Both the position numbers and the translations under genes were made by a program. Under the pieces are notes generated by a model. It worked only from the letters and a program-made list of their open reading frames with translations. It ran no database searches and had not been told where the DNA came from. Positions 26,522-40,443 of a stretch of DNA of 64,000 nucleotides are shown in pieces (positions within the stretch are counted from its first letter, which is position 1; every line of letters begins with the position of its first letter). Source of the stretch: Eledone cirrhosa (taxonomy: Eukaryota); assembly GCA_964016885.1 (NCBI GenBank), contig OZ024741.1, forward strand, positions 121,272,001 through 121,336,000, given 5' to 3'.

Positions 26522-27839
26522 AACGAAGGAAATGTGGTAAGGAACCAGGTGGACCATAACGCACCAAAGTACTCAATACTTGAGGTAGTAGAGTGGGTAA
26601 TAGGAACCAGTAAGACCCCGACAGCTGAGCTCAAGCCGTTTCGACGGCTAATTCTGGACTAAATAAAAATTTATCCTGGTATTTAAATAGCCGATCTTCT
26701 CAAGGGGTAATTCCATATATGGTCAAAGTGATTGTCAAAAATCAGTAGTAATTTTGTGGTTGCAAATTAGTAGGGGAGATGGTGGCTAAACCTGCCAGTA
26801 GGAGAAAGAGGGGAGGGGGTGGAGTAGACCCAATCAAGCGTTGGTAGTGCCAGCTACAGCTGGGCATGAGGTCAAAGAAGATACAGGGGAGGGGGAGGGG
26901 GAGAAAGTCGGAACGGTAGGTAGAACAATGGGGGGTAGAAATATATAGGAAAGAAAAAATACTGAGAGTGAAGAAAAGCAAATAGGTGTAAAGAAAAAAG
27001 TAAAGTAAATTAAATTCTACGACCTAGGTCTCTAGCTATTGTTAGGCTAGAATAAATAAATAAATAAAGAAAGAAAGAAGTAAAGAAAGAAATAAAGAAA
27101 TAACGAAATAAGTAAAAGAACTAGGTGGGACGGAATAGGCAAGGACCCTTTTAAGAGGTATAAGTACGTAAATGATACGGTGACGGGTCAACAAAAGGGG
27201 CCAAAATACTAAAGAGACTACCACGAAATAAACAATAAAGGTTTCCATCCCGGGCACAATGCCAGCAACCACCCAGTGCAGCAAAGTGAACTAGTACGAG
27301 ATAATAATTCTGAGTCCCGAGAAAAATATATACTAATGCTAACTCTAAAAGATCTAAAACAAGCTACATGAAAGTTCGTACGAAGTAAAGGTAGAATACG
27401 GAAAAATAAATTCAGAATCCACCCCGCCCAAAAGAAAAGCGAAGAAAGAAATACTGAAACGAAAAAATAAGGCATAAGTGCCACTAAGAAATATAGAGGG
27501 CACAGAGAATGGTGGGAGCGGTCGGAAAAAGGGGACAAGTATCCAGGGTCTAAACCAACTGCTATAAAGGGCGGAGTCCGCCAAATCTATCATAGACTAG
27601 GGGGTGGGGTGGGGGTACTAAGGCTACAAGGGGCCAAAGGGCGGCCTCGGGTGGGCGAGAAAAGACGCCGACAAAGGTGAAGAGCTGGGGTAGAAGGACT
27701 AAGGAGAGAGGGGGGAAGGAAATAAAGGAAGCGATAAAAGAATACAAAGAAGATCTTACGTCTCCCTTGGCAAGCAGGGGTTACCCATTGCAAAATCGGC
27801 AAGTGGAGTGTTATAGCCCTAGTCTATCCCCCCCCGGGT

Positions 27840-27840
<1 letters not shown>
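26522..27840 (-). mobile_element. PLE long 3' UTR/terminal region, paralogue of 43918-45250
   Basis: Collinear similarity to the 3' region of the GIY-YIG-encoding copy; bounded by (TA)n. Confidence 0.8.
26615..26708 (-). ncRNA. Type I hammerhead with atypical core (UUGAGAA; CUGAGAA in the copy at 44011-44106)
   Basis: ACCCC-UUGAGAA-GAuCGGCUA..UAGCCGUC-GAAA-CGGCu-UGAGCUCA-GCUG-UC-GGGGU. Confidence 0.65.
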
Positions 27841-27931
<91 letters not shown>

Positions 27932-27947
27932 ACGAGAAGGTCGGATT

Positions 27948-28019
<72 letters not shown>

Positions 28020-28392
28020 ACGAGAAGGTCGGATTCCAATAACTTCCTTTAAGTAAGTTATTAAGGGGTCAAGGAATGTTAAATGAGCCAAACTGGAGCA
28101 TCCTCTAATCAGGAAACGATGACTCTGTACGGAGTAAGGCCGGAGTTTGTCTAGTCATCGCGAACACTCTCGTCAGCAAACTGGTGTCACTTATTGTTTC
28201 TATATCTGACAGGCTAATGAAGTCGCGATTAGCCCTGGATGGAAGCCGAGGCATGACCGTTTTCACTGTCTTCTGTTTCTACAATGACGAACGAGCACCA
28301 CCCACTCCCTATTACTTCTATGATTCACTGCACAAACATCTTAACAGGTTGAGTACTGCTGATCTATTCATCCATCCATTCATTCGTTCGTT

Positions 28393-28425
<33 letters not shown>

Positions 28426-28493
28426 AGCTATCTCTATACCCCTCTCTCTTTGTCTCTCCCTCTCTGTTCACACACACACTCAAACACACACGT

Positions 28494-28526
<33 letters not shown>

Positions 28527-28797
28527 GAGAGAGAGAGATAGAAAGAGATAGATAGATAGATAGACATAGAAATAGATATATTTCTTTATTTACCATAAAG
28601 GCATAAAAAGAAGGGACAAATACAAAGGGGGAGTTTACATACAATCGAGTAAAAAGGGTATAAAATGAAAATAATCGAAAATAACCTCAAAAGGGAGGGG
28701 ACGTGATGGGGGTTGCACCCCCCCCCCCGAAAAAGTGTGCAATCCTTTGCCCGGGGAGCACATGGAGAAGGTGCTCCCCTTTCCTTTACTTCTTTAC

Positions 28798-31700
28798 CTA
28801 CAGGATGGTATACAGAGAAGGCCCATTTACACGAGCCATTCTCGCCACTATCACCCACCTTTCATAAAACTGCCTGTGGCCAAGCACCTCTCTCTCCATT
28901 CTTATCCTTCTTCCGAAGTGATATCGGAAGAAGTAGACCAGACTATGGCCAGAGAGGAAGTTGCCTGACCTCAGACCTTTCAATCGTGTCCACCAAACAA
29001 CCTCTTTCAACATGGCTATTACGCACAGAAAAACCGCCTTTGCTTCCTTTGTGAAGAGGGGAGGCGGTTTGATTGTCATCACGGACTCGGCGGTCAATTT
29101 AATTGGCGCCACCCGCGACAGCAGTCGTTCGGCGTAGCCCCACAGATCAGCCACGCCCGGACATTGCACCAATGCGTGCGCAACGGTTTCTTCGTGACGC
29201 ACGCATCTAGGGCAAATCTTTTTTGAGGGATCCCTGCCCGGGCGCCCGTGTCTGTAGAGCCTCTCTCGAACGGGTAGAGCCCCCCGGTAGCACTGCCAGG
29301 CTAGTGACTTCTGGAAGTTGTCCATTGGTCCCGGGCCGAAAGTCCTACCGAACAGGCTGGCCAGTTCGTCTTCTTCCATGTCCAGCGACTCTCCAAGGGT
29401 GTCATCGCCCCTGCTAGCCACCAGCCCTCTATAGAATGATGAGGTGGATTCTCCACCGACGGCCTGGCCCGCTTGCCAGAGAGCCCTGAGCACCTGAGCA
29501 CACTCAGTGTGCCAGTCTCCCAGTTTTCCGGATCTTTGCTTGACCCAGGACTGCAGCTCGGTGAGCGAGACGAGTCTCGGAAAGGCTCGTTTCACGAACG
29601 GAGCCCACACCGGTTGACCAGTGAGGAATACCTGTAGGTGCCGTAGCCTTAATGCGTGCCTACACATCATCAACCACGGCATCCCCAGCCCTCCTTTCGA
29701 AGGTTGTTGGCAGCAGATGGATCTTCTCACCATAGGAGGGCACTTCTTCCAAAGAAATTGGAAGAACATGCGTTCCATGGTGGTGAGTGTTTCCTTAGGG
29801 CAAGGCATGACAGTCAGGCGGTAGTAAGTGACGGACGCTATGTAAATGTTCGCCACCTCCGCCCGGCCTTTTAGGGACAGCTTACACTTGGCCCACTTCT
29901 GGGTTAGTGCAAACACCTTGTTCGTAACCTCGTTCCAGTTCTTTTCCACCTGGAGGTCCGGTCCAAACCAGACCCCAAGCAACTTTACCGGGCCCTCCGT
30001 CCAGTGTCCGACGACACCGTCGGGAGGCATCGGTCTGCCTCTCCACGTTCCGAGTTGCAGCCCGATGGATTTTTCCCGGTTCAGTTTCGCTCCTAACAAC
30101 CTTTCGTAATCCTCCAGTAAGGTACCGATCGCCTCGATCTCCGAGTCGGTCGATACCATTACTGTTACGTCATCGGCGTAGGCCGACACCGCTTTGCTCA
30201 ATCCTGGTTCCAGGGGGATACCCTGCAACAACTCCAACTTCCTCAGTAAAGGCTCGAGAGTCAATACGTACAGAAGGGAGGAGAGAGGGCACCCCTGTCG
30301 AATGGATCGTGTGATTTCGAACGGCTTCGAAAGGTAGCCGTTCACCTTGATCCTAGAACAGATGTGGTTGCTATGTAAGGCAGTGATCCAGCCTCTGAAA
30401 ATAGGACCAAACCCAGCCGCCGCTAGCACCGCATCCAGGTAACCATGGTCGACCCTATCGGAGGCCTTAGACTGATCCAAGTTGATCAGGGCCCCACCGA
30501 AGCCGGGTTTGTTGCCAACCCTCTCTATGATGTATCGCATGAGGTGGAGGTTATCGTGAATGGACCTGGATGGGATAGCACATGTCTGCGCATCTCCCAC
30601 CAGGCCACCCGAGACAAGCGCCAACCTCTTTGCTAACACCTTGGCCAAAATCTTTAACTCTGTGTTTAGCAGGGTAATGGGCCGAAAATTATTTATACTA
30701 TCTCCCTTGTTCTCGTCCTTCCTCACCAGCGTGACTACGCCCTTGGCTACAGAACAAGGAATTCTCCCGTTCTGCTGCCAATTGCAGTAGACCGCTTCGA
30801 GGAGTTCGGAGAAGAAGACCGGCATTGCTAAATAAAGTTCGTAAGGTATACCATCGAATGACGCAGCCTTCGTGCTTTGCATCGAAAAACTGGTTCAAGG
30901 CCGTCCTCGATGCCAGCACTCTGGCCACATCTTCGCTCTTGATTGCCTCTTCTAATTTACCTGTTAATTCTTTCTCGTTTCTATTCCTATCGGCAGCTAA
31001 CATCTTGCTATAACTTATTGATTCTGTTCTAATCTCTCTTTTGAGAGATGCCCACCATCGGTTGTTGACGATTGCACCCGTCAACCTCTCCTTAACTAAT
31101 CTGCTAATCCGGTTTCTGTAAGTCTCTTTTGCCGGTAAAGACAAATTAAGTTTCCAGTAACCGGGACCCTGTTTATGTGTTTTCTACGCAGGTCACTAAT
31201 TTGTGATCCGTGTAGCCAACCGTGCGCATTTCTGGACAGCTTAATATGTCCCTATCCTTACTTCTAACTAAGAATCTATCTAAGTACGATCTAGATTGAC
31301 CACTGTGGTTTCTCCAAGTCCAGGTAGGCACAGTTGGAAAATCTAGTCGATATTTATCGACCAAGTTAAAACGGTCGAGTAACCCCTTGAGGCTGTTACA
31401 CCCCCTTTATTAGGACATGCTCCTGCATAGTCCCAACGTGCATCTAGGATGTCATTCCAATCCCCCGCTAGAAGCAGGGAAAGCGACGTTCCCAGAAAAG
31501 TCTCCAAACGCTGGAAGAAGTCGGGCCGTTCAGCTCCGAAAGGGGAGTAGACGGCGACCAGTCTCAAGGCCGCACCTTCACTACTGTCAACGTCTAGCAC
31601 CAACAAACGACCCTCCGGGTCCGAGTGCACAACCTGTACGGCAAGAACCAGGTGTTTTTGCAGCAGTACGACAACCCCACCCCCACCTCCAGGTTGACAG

Positions 31701-31882
31701 AGAGATGCATGCACCTCAAAGTCATCGAAGGTAGGGTCCAGATTCCGCACGACGCTGATCCGAGTCTCACAGATAACCATTACATTTATACCACATGACC
31801 TGAGGTCATTTAGAAGCTTTGCTTGCTTCCAAGTTGAGCCCAGGCCACGTGCATTCAAGCATCCTACTCTTAACACATCCAT
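28798..31882 (-). pseudogene. Tx1-like ORF2 (APE endonuclease, reverse transcriptase, C-terminal Cys/His motif), disrupted by frameshifts and an internal deletion
   Basis: GCLNARGL, LAGDWND, SYLDRFL, YTDHK, GPGYWKLN, NFRPITLLN, NLDQSKA.DRVDH, RQGCPLS, YADD, CPRC...ETVAHALVQC. Confidence 0.93.
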
Positions 31883-31915
31883 GTGGGTGGCAGAGCCAAA
31901 GGAGAGTGTAGAGAC

Positions 31916-33872
31916 CTACCTTTCCGCTTCCCGGGGTTCGGGTTGCACGACTTCCATGGGGTCGGGGGTGTTGGGTGAAGGGGTGTCTTGTGGTGGTGTG
32001 GGGTCGTCAGTGTGTGGTGGGGTTGGGGTGTTTGGAGTTGTGTTGGGGAGGGGAAGGGGAGGGGGAAAGCTTTTTAGTAGGACGCGGTTTATGGGTTTGA
32101 CAGAGGGTGGTCCTACGTCCTCCTTAAAATCCTTTTTTAGTTTTTGGTAGAGGTTCATTGGGATTTTTATTAGTTTTAAATGTGGGTGGTTTTCTGATGA
32201 AACAAAGTTTACACCTTCGGTTTGTACCGAAGGATTATTGTATATGAGTTCATTTAATTTATTATTGTTTCTGTTGATGTAAGTATAGTGTAATGTCTTT
32301 TTTTCCGATGGTGTGAGTGTTTCGAAGAGGGGAGGGGCAGGTTTGGTTTTGTTTGTTGCTGGAGGGGTGTTTTCTGTTTTGTTGGATTGTGGGGGTTGTT
32401 TGGGTGGGGGTTGTTTGGCCTTGTGTGTTTTGCACATGTTTTCTTTTTTCCTTTTAATCTGTCTGAAGGACTCCGTTTCTTCCTCCGAATTCGTTGGGTT
32501 ATCTTCAGTGTTGGAGGGAAGAGGTATGTTTGCTGGTAATGTTTCCGTGTTGGTTTTCTTTGTGGGGGAGATGGATGTCACTATGTTAGACTGTGTTGTG
32601 TGTTGTGTCTGCGGTGGTTGTGTTGTTTTATTGAGTGGGGTTGGGTGGGCCTGTATTTTGTTTTGGGGTAATGTGTTGTGACTGTTTGTGTTGTGGTGGT
32701 GGTGTAGTTTTACTGAGGGACGGGTTGGGTGGGACTGAGTTTTGTTGTTTGTTTATCTGTTGTGGTGGTGGTGGTGGAGCTGGTGTTGGTAGCAGGGTTT
32801 TCTTTTTGTTAAGTTGGGGACAAGCGGCCTTCAGGTGCCCTCTGCCTGCACAGATGTGGCAGGACGGCCTTCTCCCCTCCACGCTAATGTTTATATACCC
32901 GTGGCCCTCTAATAGGATTCTGTCGGGTATTTGGGCGATGCGTTCAGGCTTCATTTGCACTACCAGCTCTATACCTGTTCCACTGAACGCATTGCCTGTG
33001 GTTTTCCCAATGGAAATCACGTTGTCATTCACTGGATCGATGAAGCCAGCTATGAGCCAGCAGTAGTCCACATCTGGCATCATTGCATCCAGCCATATGC
33101 GTTGAGTTCTTTTACCCATATAAGATGGATAAAAGGTAAAATTTTTCGAACGAATCGGTGACAAAGTACATTTTTTTGCCGCCGATTCGTTCTTCATAAT
33201 AATTGCTAGGCTTCCATACAGTCTGTCTTTTCTTATGAAAGTGGTTTCATTAAGTACTTCTGTGAGTACTGTTTTGATATCTGCTTGAGTTGGCTGTTCA
33301 GGTTTGTTTGAAGTGTTGTTGATGGTGCGGAACACGACCGTTCGACTTTCAATTTCTTTGGTGAGTTCTTGAGGCATTTTTACCGATAAAATACCATTCT
33401 CTCCTTCACTTATGTATTGTTTGGCGTCTGTGATTCTTCGTGCCACATCTGAAATATTTTCAGGTATATATGTCAAAGATTTCTTTGTTGTTTGTGCAAA
33501 TGAAATCTTGTTGACTTTGTCGTCTGCTTTGCTTTCTGTTATGATGTTGTTTTCAAATGTTATTTTTGTGTTTGTTGTGTCTTTGTTTGTGGTATTAATA
33601 TTGTCATGCAATTTTTCAAATTTTTTTTTCTCGTTGGAATCCATGTCCAGATTTGTGTTTTCGTCATTTTTCTCCGCAGATTCGTCTGTTTTAATTTTAT
33701 TTTTTTCTTCCTTCTCTATGACGTTAGTTGGGAAGGAAGGGGGGACTAAAGCGTGCGAGCTTACAACTCTTACCGCTGTCCCCCCACCACTAATTTCGTT
33801 CGCTTCGTTTAACATTTCTGTCAGACGATTGAAATTTTTTTGCCACAAAATTTTTAAAAACAGGTTTTTCAC
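31916..33872 (-). pseudogene. Tx1-like ORF1 (gag-like, CCHC zinc knuckle), frameshifted
   Basis: CHICAGRGHLKAAC knuckle and Pro/Thr-rich tail; continues in the 32581-31916 frame. Confidence 0.85.
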
Positions 33873-34129
33873 CTCTAGGAGGGGTAAAGATGCGCTGACC
33901 CACCGCCTGACAGTTCAGACGGGGCTCAAGCTACACAATAGTATCAACATTAAATTTGAACTTACAAAATTTCCGCAATAAATTGGAACAAAACTTCTGC
34001 GCGAAGTGAATTACATCCACACTGTAGAACAGACGACAGCTAGATTTGATAGACATAGAAATAGATAGATGGAGAGAGACACACAGAGATAGACAGATGA
34101 GTAGATACAAATCACACACAGGGACTGGG

Positions 34130-34227
<98 letters not shown>

Positions 34228-35399
34228 ATAATTGTTTCCAGTTTTGGCACAAGGCCAGCAATTATCCAGTGCATTACTAGTACTTTATTTTATCGATCCC
34301 GTAAGGATGAAATGCAAAGTTAACCTCGGCGGTATTTGAACTCAGAATGGCAAGGGCCGTAACTCTATGCGTCAAAGCATGGCGTCCGAACCTCTACCGA
34401 TACTGAGAATAATAATGTTCATTATGTGTCCCATCAGCTGTAATGTCTTTATGAAGACGTGTTAGAGCTTTCGTGCTGTCTAGTCAGTTTTAGGTTGGCA
34501 GATTAATCATTGAGCCGAAGGGGAGAAAACTTGTTGACATGTAAACATGGAGAAAGTAGTTTACTATGACCCCCCACCAACACAGACACTCCACACACAC
34601 GTATGTATGTATGACAATAGAATTAATTAATAATTATTAATAATGGTATAACGTGCATTGGTCATACTCGATAACGAGGGGGCAGCCATCATGTATGTAT
34701 GTATGTATGTATGTATGTATGTATGTATGTATGTATGTATGTATGTATGTATGTATGTATTCTTGTATTCATTAAGACATCTCTGTAGGAGACAGTTACT
34801 CAGATATAAAACCTGCGACTTTGTTTGTATCCAATGATGTAGACCAGTTCTTCTTTTTGGGCAAATGTATTCGATGTTCAGAGAGTGGGATTGGCACGTG
34901 CAAAACCTTTCCTCAATTAAAAACGCTTCAAGCACTGGCATAGCTTGATATGTGACATTTTTTGTGATGCCAGGGTATTGCTGACCACATGCAAGTCCCT
35001 AGAACGACTAATAAGTCACATCCGTGATGCTCCGGCTTAAGTATCAATGCATTACTCGAAATCGAGTTGCTGCCATCATTCTTGTATGTATGTATGTATG
35101 TATGTATGTATGTATGTATGTATGTATGTATGTATGTATGTATGTATGTATGTATGTATGTATGTATGTATGTATGTATGTATGTATGTATTTGTGTGTG
35201 TGTGTATGTGTGTGTGTGTGTGTGTGTACGTGTGTGCGCGTGCGTACATGTATGGATGTTGTTGCATGTGTGGATCTGTATGTGTTGAATTATATGTGTA
35301 CATGTACATGTGTTTCTATATCTATACGTGTGCATATGCAGTTATTACATGCTGAATTTCTGGAATGCTTGACATATTTTTACACTTCCATTAATAGAC

Positions 35400-36320
35400 T
35401 GTACTTGCAATGCTCTTTCTGGTTTTGTGGAGCCCAGCTTCTCAAAATTTGTACTGAAGCTGTTAGTAACATATCCCAGTGCCCTAATGATCACAGGTAC
35501 AAATCTAAAGGTATAGTCGATGGTGGAGCATCTGAAGATTTCTCTTTGGTTCAGCATAAATGTTCTTATCGCTAATCTATAGCATTATATTAATATCTGT
35601 TGGGCATGCCTTCTTTTCTCTGGGTATGCCTTCTTTCCTCTGTCTCATATCATTATGTCTGGACTGTTATGTTTGCATTTTATTGGGGGCTTTGACTAGA
35701 GCACTCCCCCAGTACTCTTTCATATTATGTATGTGTATGTCCTCCATTGGCTGTAACTTTTTATATTTTTATTCTTAGCAAAAGTATTATGAGCAATGTG
35801 CTTGTTGTACACTGAGAGTTCTGATGATCGCATTCTCTTTACTCTCCCGAGGTATTCATTCCTGGTCCTCTCCTTATTGACGGGTTCATTATCTTTGGCA
35901 TTCTCATTCAAGTCCAAGAAACATATAATTGTCAAATGTAGAGGTTTATCACCATGGCGTTAATTTTTAGGTTTACAGAGGAGGGAAGATCTTTTGTACG
36001 TTTTATTGTAAAAATTCACATTTGGACTCACCAGATATCATTTCAATGTCTGTAGAAAATTGGGTAATGAGGTCCAATTGGTTTTGATGTGTCTGATATT
36101 TGGCCCATACAATTTCAGGTTATCGACAAAGAAAGGATTGGAGGTACTTCTAGATCCATTTCTATGACCACTATATTTTGTAAGCAGCTATAGTTGTGGG
36201 TTTAAGAGGAGGACGAAGATCAGAACTGGCAAGCTATTTTGGTAGTAAATGTTATCAGACTCAATTTGCTTCACAAGGGACAAAGTTGTGTACCAAATTT
36301 TGATCAGGCGTTCGATAGGA
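35400..36320 (-). pseudogene. Heavily decayed non-LTR RT C-terminal fragment, R4/Dong-like
   Basis: NEYLGRVKRMRSSELSVYNKHIAHNTFA resembles the post-RT region of R4/Dong-type elements; clade assignment is weak. Confidence 0.5.
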
Positions 36321-36698
36321 GCTACTATGTATATATATATATGAATAAATTTAGTCCTTCATCAGTGATCTTCCAACCTTCATTGGTATTTCATCGCTTT
36401 AAAGACCATATACCTCCGGTTGGGACACGTAAATAAGGGGAACGAGCGAGACTGGTCAAAGATGGTAATGCAACGAAAAGTGAGGAAGAAGGAGTCAAGT
36501 CCCTGAAATCGATGAATATAAGTTCTGTGAAATCGTGGACGAGAGAGAATAAAGACCATCAAACCTGGTCGAAACGTGAGCAAGGAAAGAATTTCGCACA
36601 GGTCAAACGGGAGGAAGAAGGAGTCAAGTCCCTGAAATCGGTGAACATAAGTTCTGTGAAATCGTAGACGAGAGAGAATAAAGAACAACCGGCCAGGT

Positions 36699-36739
<41 letters not shown>

Positions 36740-36965
36740 GTACACGTGTCTGTGGAATGTTCAGTCACCTACACGACATTACCAAGAAGCTACACGTGTC
36801 TGTGTAATACTCAACCACTTACACGTTACTCTCATGAGCAGGCTATTGATCGAACAGCCGGAACACCCATCGTCAAAACCGACGTAGGTTCATTCCATCC
36901 AAGCCCAGACAGATAAGAAACACCAGCAGCAGCAGCAACAACAAGAGTAGCAGTTAATCAATATA

Positions 36966-37037
<72 letters not shown>

Positions 37038-37355
37038 TATATTGTTTTATGTTGGGCGGTTGGAAATTTGACAATTCAGTCGCATAAACAATACTATTGT
37101 GTATGTTTGCTTTCTAGAGCTTGAGTGTTATCAAAGATGTGTTTTTTTTTAAATAAGCAGATGGAACTGTTCTCGCCACATAAGATTCTGGTTTAAAAAA
37201 ACATCAACATTCAAACCTGTTGAGTGAGTGTAAACATACTTAAGGTAGTGAGTATATTTACTCACTTTCTAAACCACGTTAGCACTCAGTCAAATATTTT
37301 ATTTCTTGCGGATGGCATCTTTAAATCATTACGTTAAGTTGTCTAGCCAACTCCT

Positions 37356-37421
<66 letters not shown>

Positions 37422-37624
37422 GCGTGTGGTTGAGTGGTTAGAGAATTGGATTTGCAATCGTGAGGTTGTGAGTTCGATTCCCGGACCGGGCGGTGTGTAA
37501 TGTCTTTGAGCAAGACACTTTATTTTATGTTGCTGCTTCTACCTGGAGTTGCGACCGATAGATAGTATTAGCAATTGGAAAGACTGTTTCCTCGGTCCGA
37601 TTTGACGAAAGTCGATCGTTCCTA

Positions 37625-37719
<95 letters not shown>

Positions 37720-37721
37720 AT

Positions 37722-40443
37722 AAAATTACTAGCTGTCGTCTGTTCGATAGCGTAGACGTAATTCACTTCGCGCAGAAGTTTTGTTCCAATTTATTGCGGA
37801 AATTTTGTAAGTTTAATTTTAATTTTGATACTATTGTGTAGCTTGACCCCCGTCTGAACTGTCAGGCGGTGGGTCAGCTCATTTTCGCCCCTCCCAGGGG
37901 TGAAAAACCTGTTTAAAAAAAAATTTTGTTGCATAAAAGTTCAATCGTCTGGGAGAAATGTTAAATGAAGCTAACGAAAATAGTGGTGGGGGAACAGCGG
38001 TAAGAGTTGTAAGCTCGCACGCTTTAGTCCCCCCTTCCTTCCCAACTAACGTCATAGAGAAGGAAAGAAAAAATAAAATAAAAACAGACGAATGTGCGGA
38101 GAAAAATATCGACGAAAACACAAATCTGGAGATTGATACCAACAACAAAAAAAAATTGAAAGAATTGCATGACAATATTAATACCACAAACAAAGAAACA
38201 ACAAACACAAAAATAACATTTGAAAACAACATCATAACAGAAAGCAAAACAGACGACAAAGTCAACACCAATAACATCTCATTTGCACAAACAACAAAAA
38301 AATCTTTAACGTACATACCTGAAAATATTTCAGATGTGGCACAAAGAATAAAAAACGCCAAACAATTCATAACTCAAGGGGAAATGGAGCCTTGTCGGTA
38401 AAAATACCCCAAGAACTCACCAAAGATATTGAAAGTCGGACGGTCGTTTTCCGCACCATCAACAACATCTCAAAAAATCCACAACAACCAACACAAGTAG
38501 AAATTAAAGCGGTACTTAGAGAAGTATTCAATGAAGCCACTTTCATAAGAAGAGACAGGCTGTATGGAAGGCTGGCCATTATTATGAAAAACGAATCGGC
38601 GGCGAAAAAATATGCTTTGTCGCCGATTCGTTCGACAAATTTTACCTTTTATCCATCTTATATGGGTAAAAGAACTCAGCGCATATGGCTGAATGCGATG
38701 ATGCCAGATATGGACTACTGCTAGCTCATAGCTGGCTTCATCGATCCAGCGAATGACAACGTGATTTCCATTGGGAAAACCACAGGCAATGCGTTCAGTG
38801 GAACAGGTATAGAACTTGTAGTGCAAATGAAGCCTGAACGCATTGCCCAAATACCCGACAGAGGGCCACGGGTATATAAACATTAGCGTGGAGGGGAGAA
38901 GGCCGTCCTGTCATATCTGTGCAGGCAGAGGGCACCTGAAGGCGGCTTGTCCCCAACTCAACAAGAAGAAAACCCTGCTACCAACACCAGCTCCACCACC
39001 ACCACCACAGATAAACAAACAACAAAACTCAGTCCCACAGTAAAACTACACCACCACCACAGCACAAACAGACACAACACATTACCCAAAAACAAAACAC
39101 AGTCCCACCCAACCCCTCACTCAATAAAACAACACAACCACCGCAGCCACAACACACAACACAGTCTAACATAGTGACATCCATCTCCCCCACAAAGAAA
39201 ACTAACACGGAAACACTACCAGCAAACATACCGCTTCCCTCCAACACTGAAGATAACCCAACGAATTCGGAGGAAGAAACGGAGTCCTTCAGACAGATTA
39301 AAAGGAAAAAAAGAAAACATGTGCAAAACACACAAGGCCAAACAGCCCCTACCCAAATGTCAACACAATCCAACAAAACAGAAAACACCCCTCCAGCAAC
39401 AAACAAAACCAAACCTGCCCCCCCCCCCCCTCTTCGAAACACTCACACCATCCGAAAAAAAGACATTACACTATACTTAAATCAACAGAAACAATAATAA
39501 ATTAAATGAACTCATAAACAATAACCCTTCGGTACAAACCGAAGGGGTAAACTTTGTTTTTTCAGAAAACAACCCACAATTAAAATTAATAAAGGTCCCA
39601 ATGAACCTCTACCAAAAACTAAAAAAGGATTTTAAGGAGGACGTAGGACCACCCTCTGTCAAACCCATAAACCGCATCCTCCTAAAAAACTTTCCCACTC
39701 CCCCTCATTACCTAGAGCACGTATTTTACTTCGAATGACGCAGCCTTCGTGCTTTGCATCGAAAAACTGGCTCAAGGCCGTCCTCGATGCCAGCACTCTG
39801 GCCACATCTTCGCTCTTGATTGCCTCTTCTAATTTACCTGTTAATTCTTTCTCGTTTCTATTCCTATCGGCAGCTAACATCTTGCTATAACTTATTGATT
39901 CTGTTCTAATCTCTCTTTTGAGAGATGCCCACCATCGGTTGTTGACGATTGCACCCGTCAACCTCTCCTTAACTAATCTGCTAATCCGGTCTCTGTAAGC
40001 CTCTTTTGCCGGTAAAGACAAATTAAGTTTCCAGTAACCGGGACCCTGTCTATGTGTTCTCTCGAGGTTGACTACGCAGGTCACTAATTTGTGATCTGTA
40101 TAGCCAACCGTGAGCATTTCTGGACAGCTTAATATATCCCTATCCTTACTTCTAACTAAGAATCTATCTAAGTACGATCTAGATTGACCACTATGGTTCT
40201 TCCAAGTCCAGGTTGGCACAGTTGGAAAATCTAGTCGATATCTATCGACCAAGTTAAAACGGTCGAGTAACCCCTTGAGGCTGTTACACCCCCTCTATTA
40301 GGACATGCTTCTGCATAGTCCCAACGTGCATCTAGGATGTCATTCCAGTCCCCCGCTAGAAGCAGGGAACGCGACGTTCCCAGAAAAGTCTCCAGACGCT
40401 GGAAGAAGTCAGGCCGTTCAGCTCCGAAAGGGGAGTAGACGGC
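37722..40443 (+). mobile_element. Tx1-like family A copy 2: 5' UTR and ORF1 (+, to about 39705) fused to an inverted ORF2 segment (about 39706-40443, -)
   Basis: High identity to copy 1; begins immediately after (TATC)n at 37626-37718. Confidence 0.9.

Larger units (their letters stand above)
28579..34047 (-). mobile_element. Tx1-like LINE family A, both ends present, inserted in degenerate (GATA)n with a 20-bp TSD
   Basis: TSD GATAGACATAGAAATAGATA at 28559-28578 and 34048-34067; ORF1 plus APE-RT ORF2; ends AATAAAGAAA with no poly(A). Confidence 0.93.

Noticed and set aside
28095-28260. CUGACGA on the minus strand with local inverted repeats
   Set aside because: No matching GAAA, stem III or UH site found.
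36470-36690. Repeated units resembling a CRISPR-like array (also 61085-61175 and 50980-51100)
   Set aside because: Simple internal tandem duplications with no unique spacers and no cas genes, in eukaryotic DNA.
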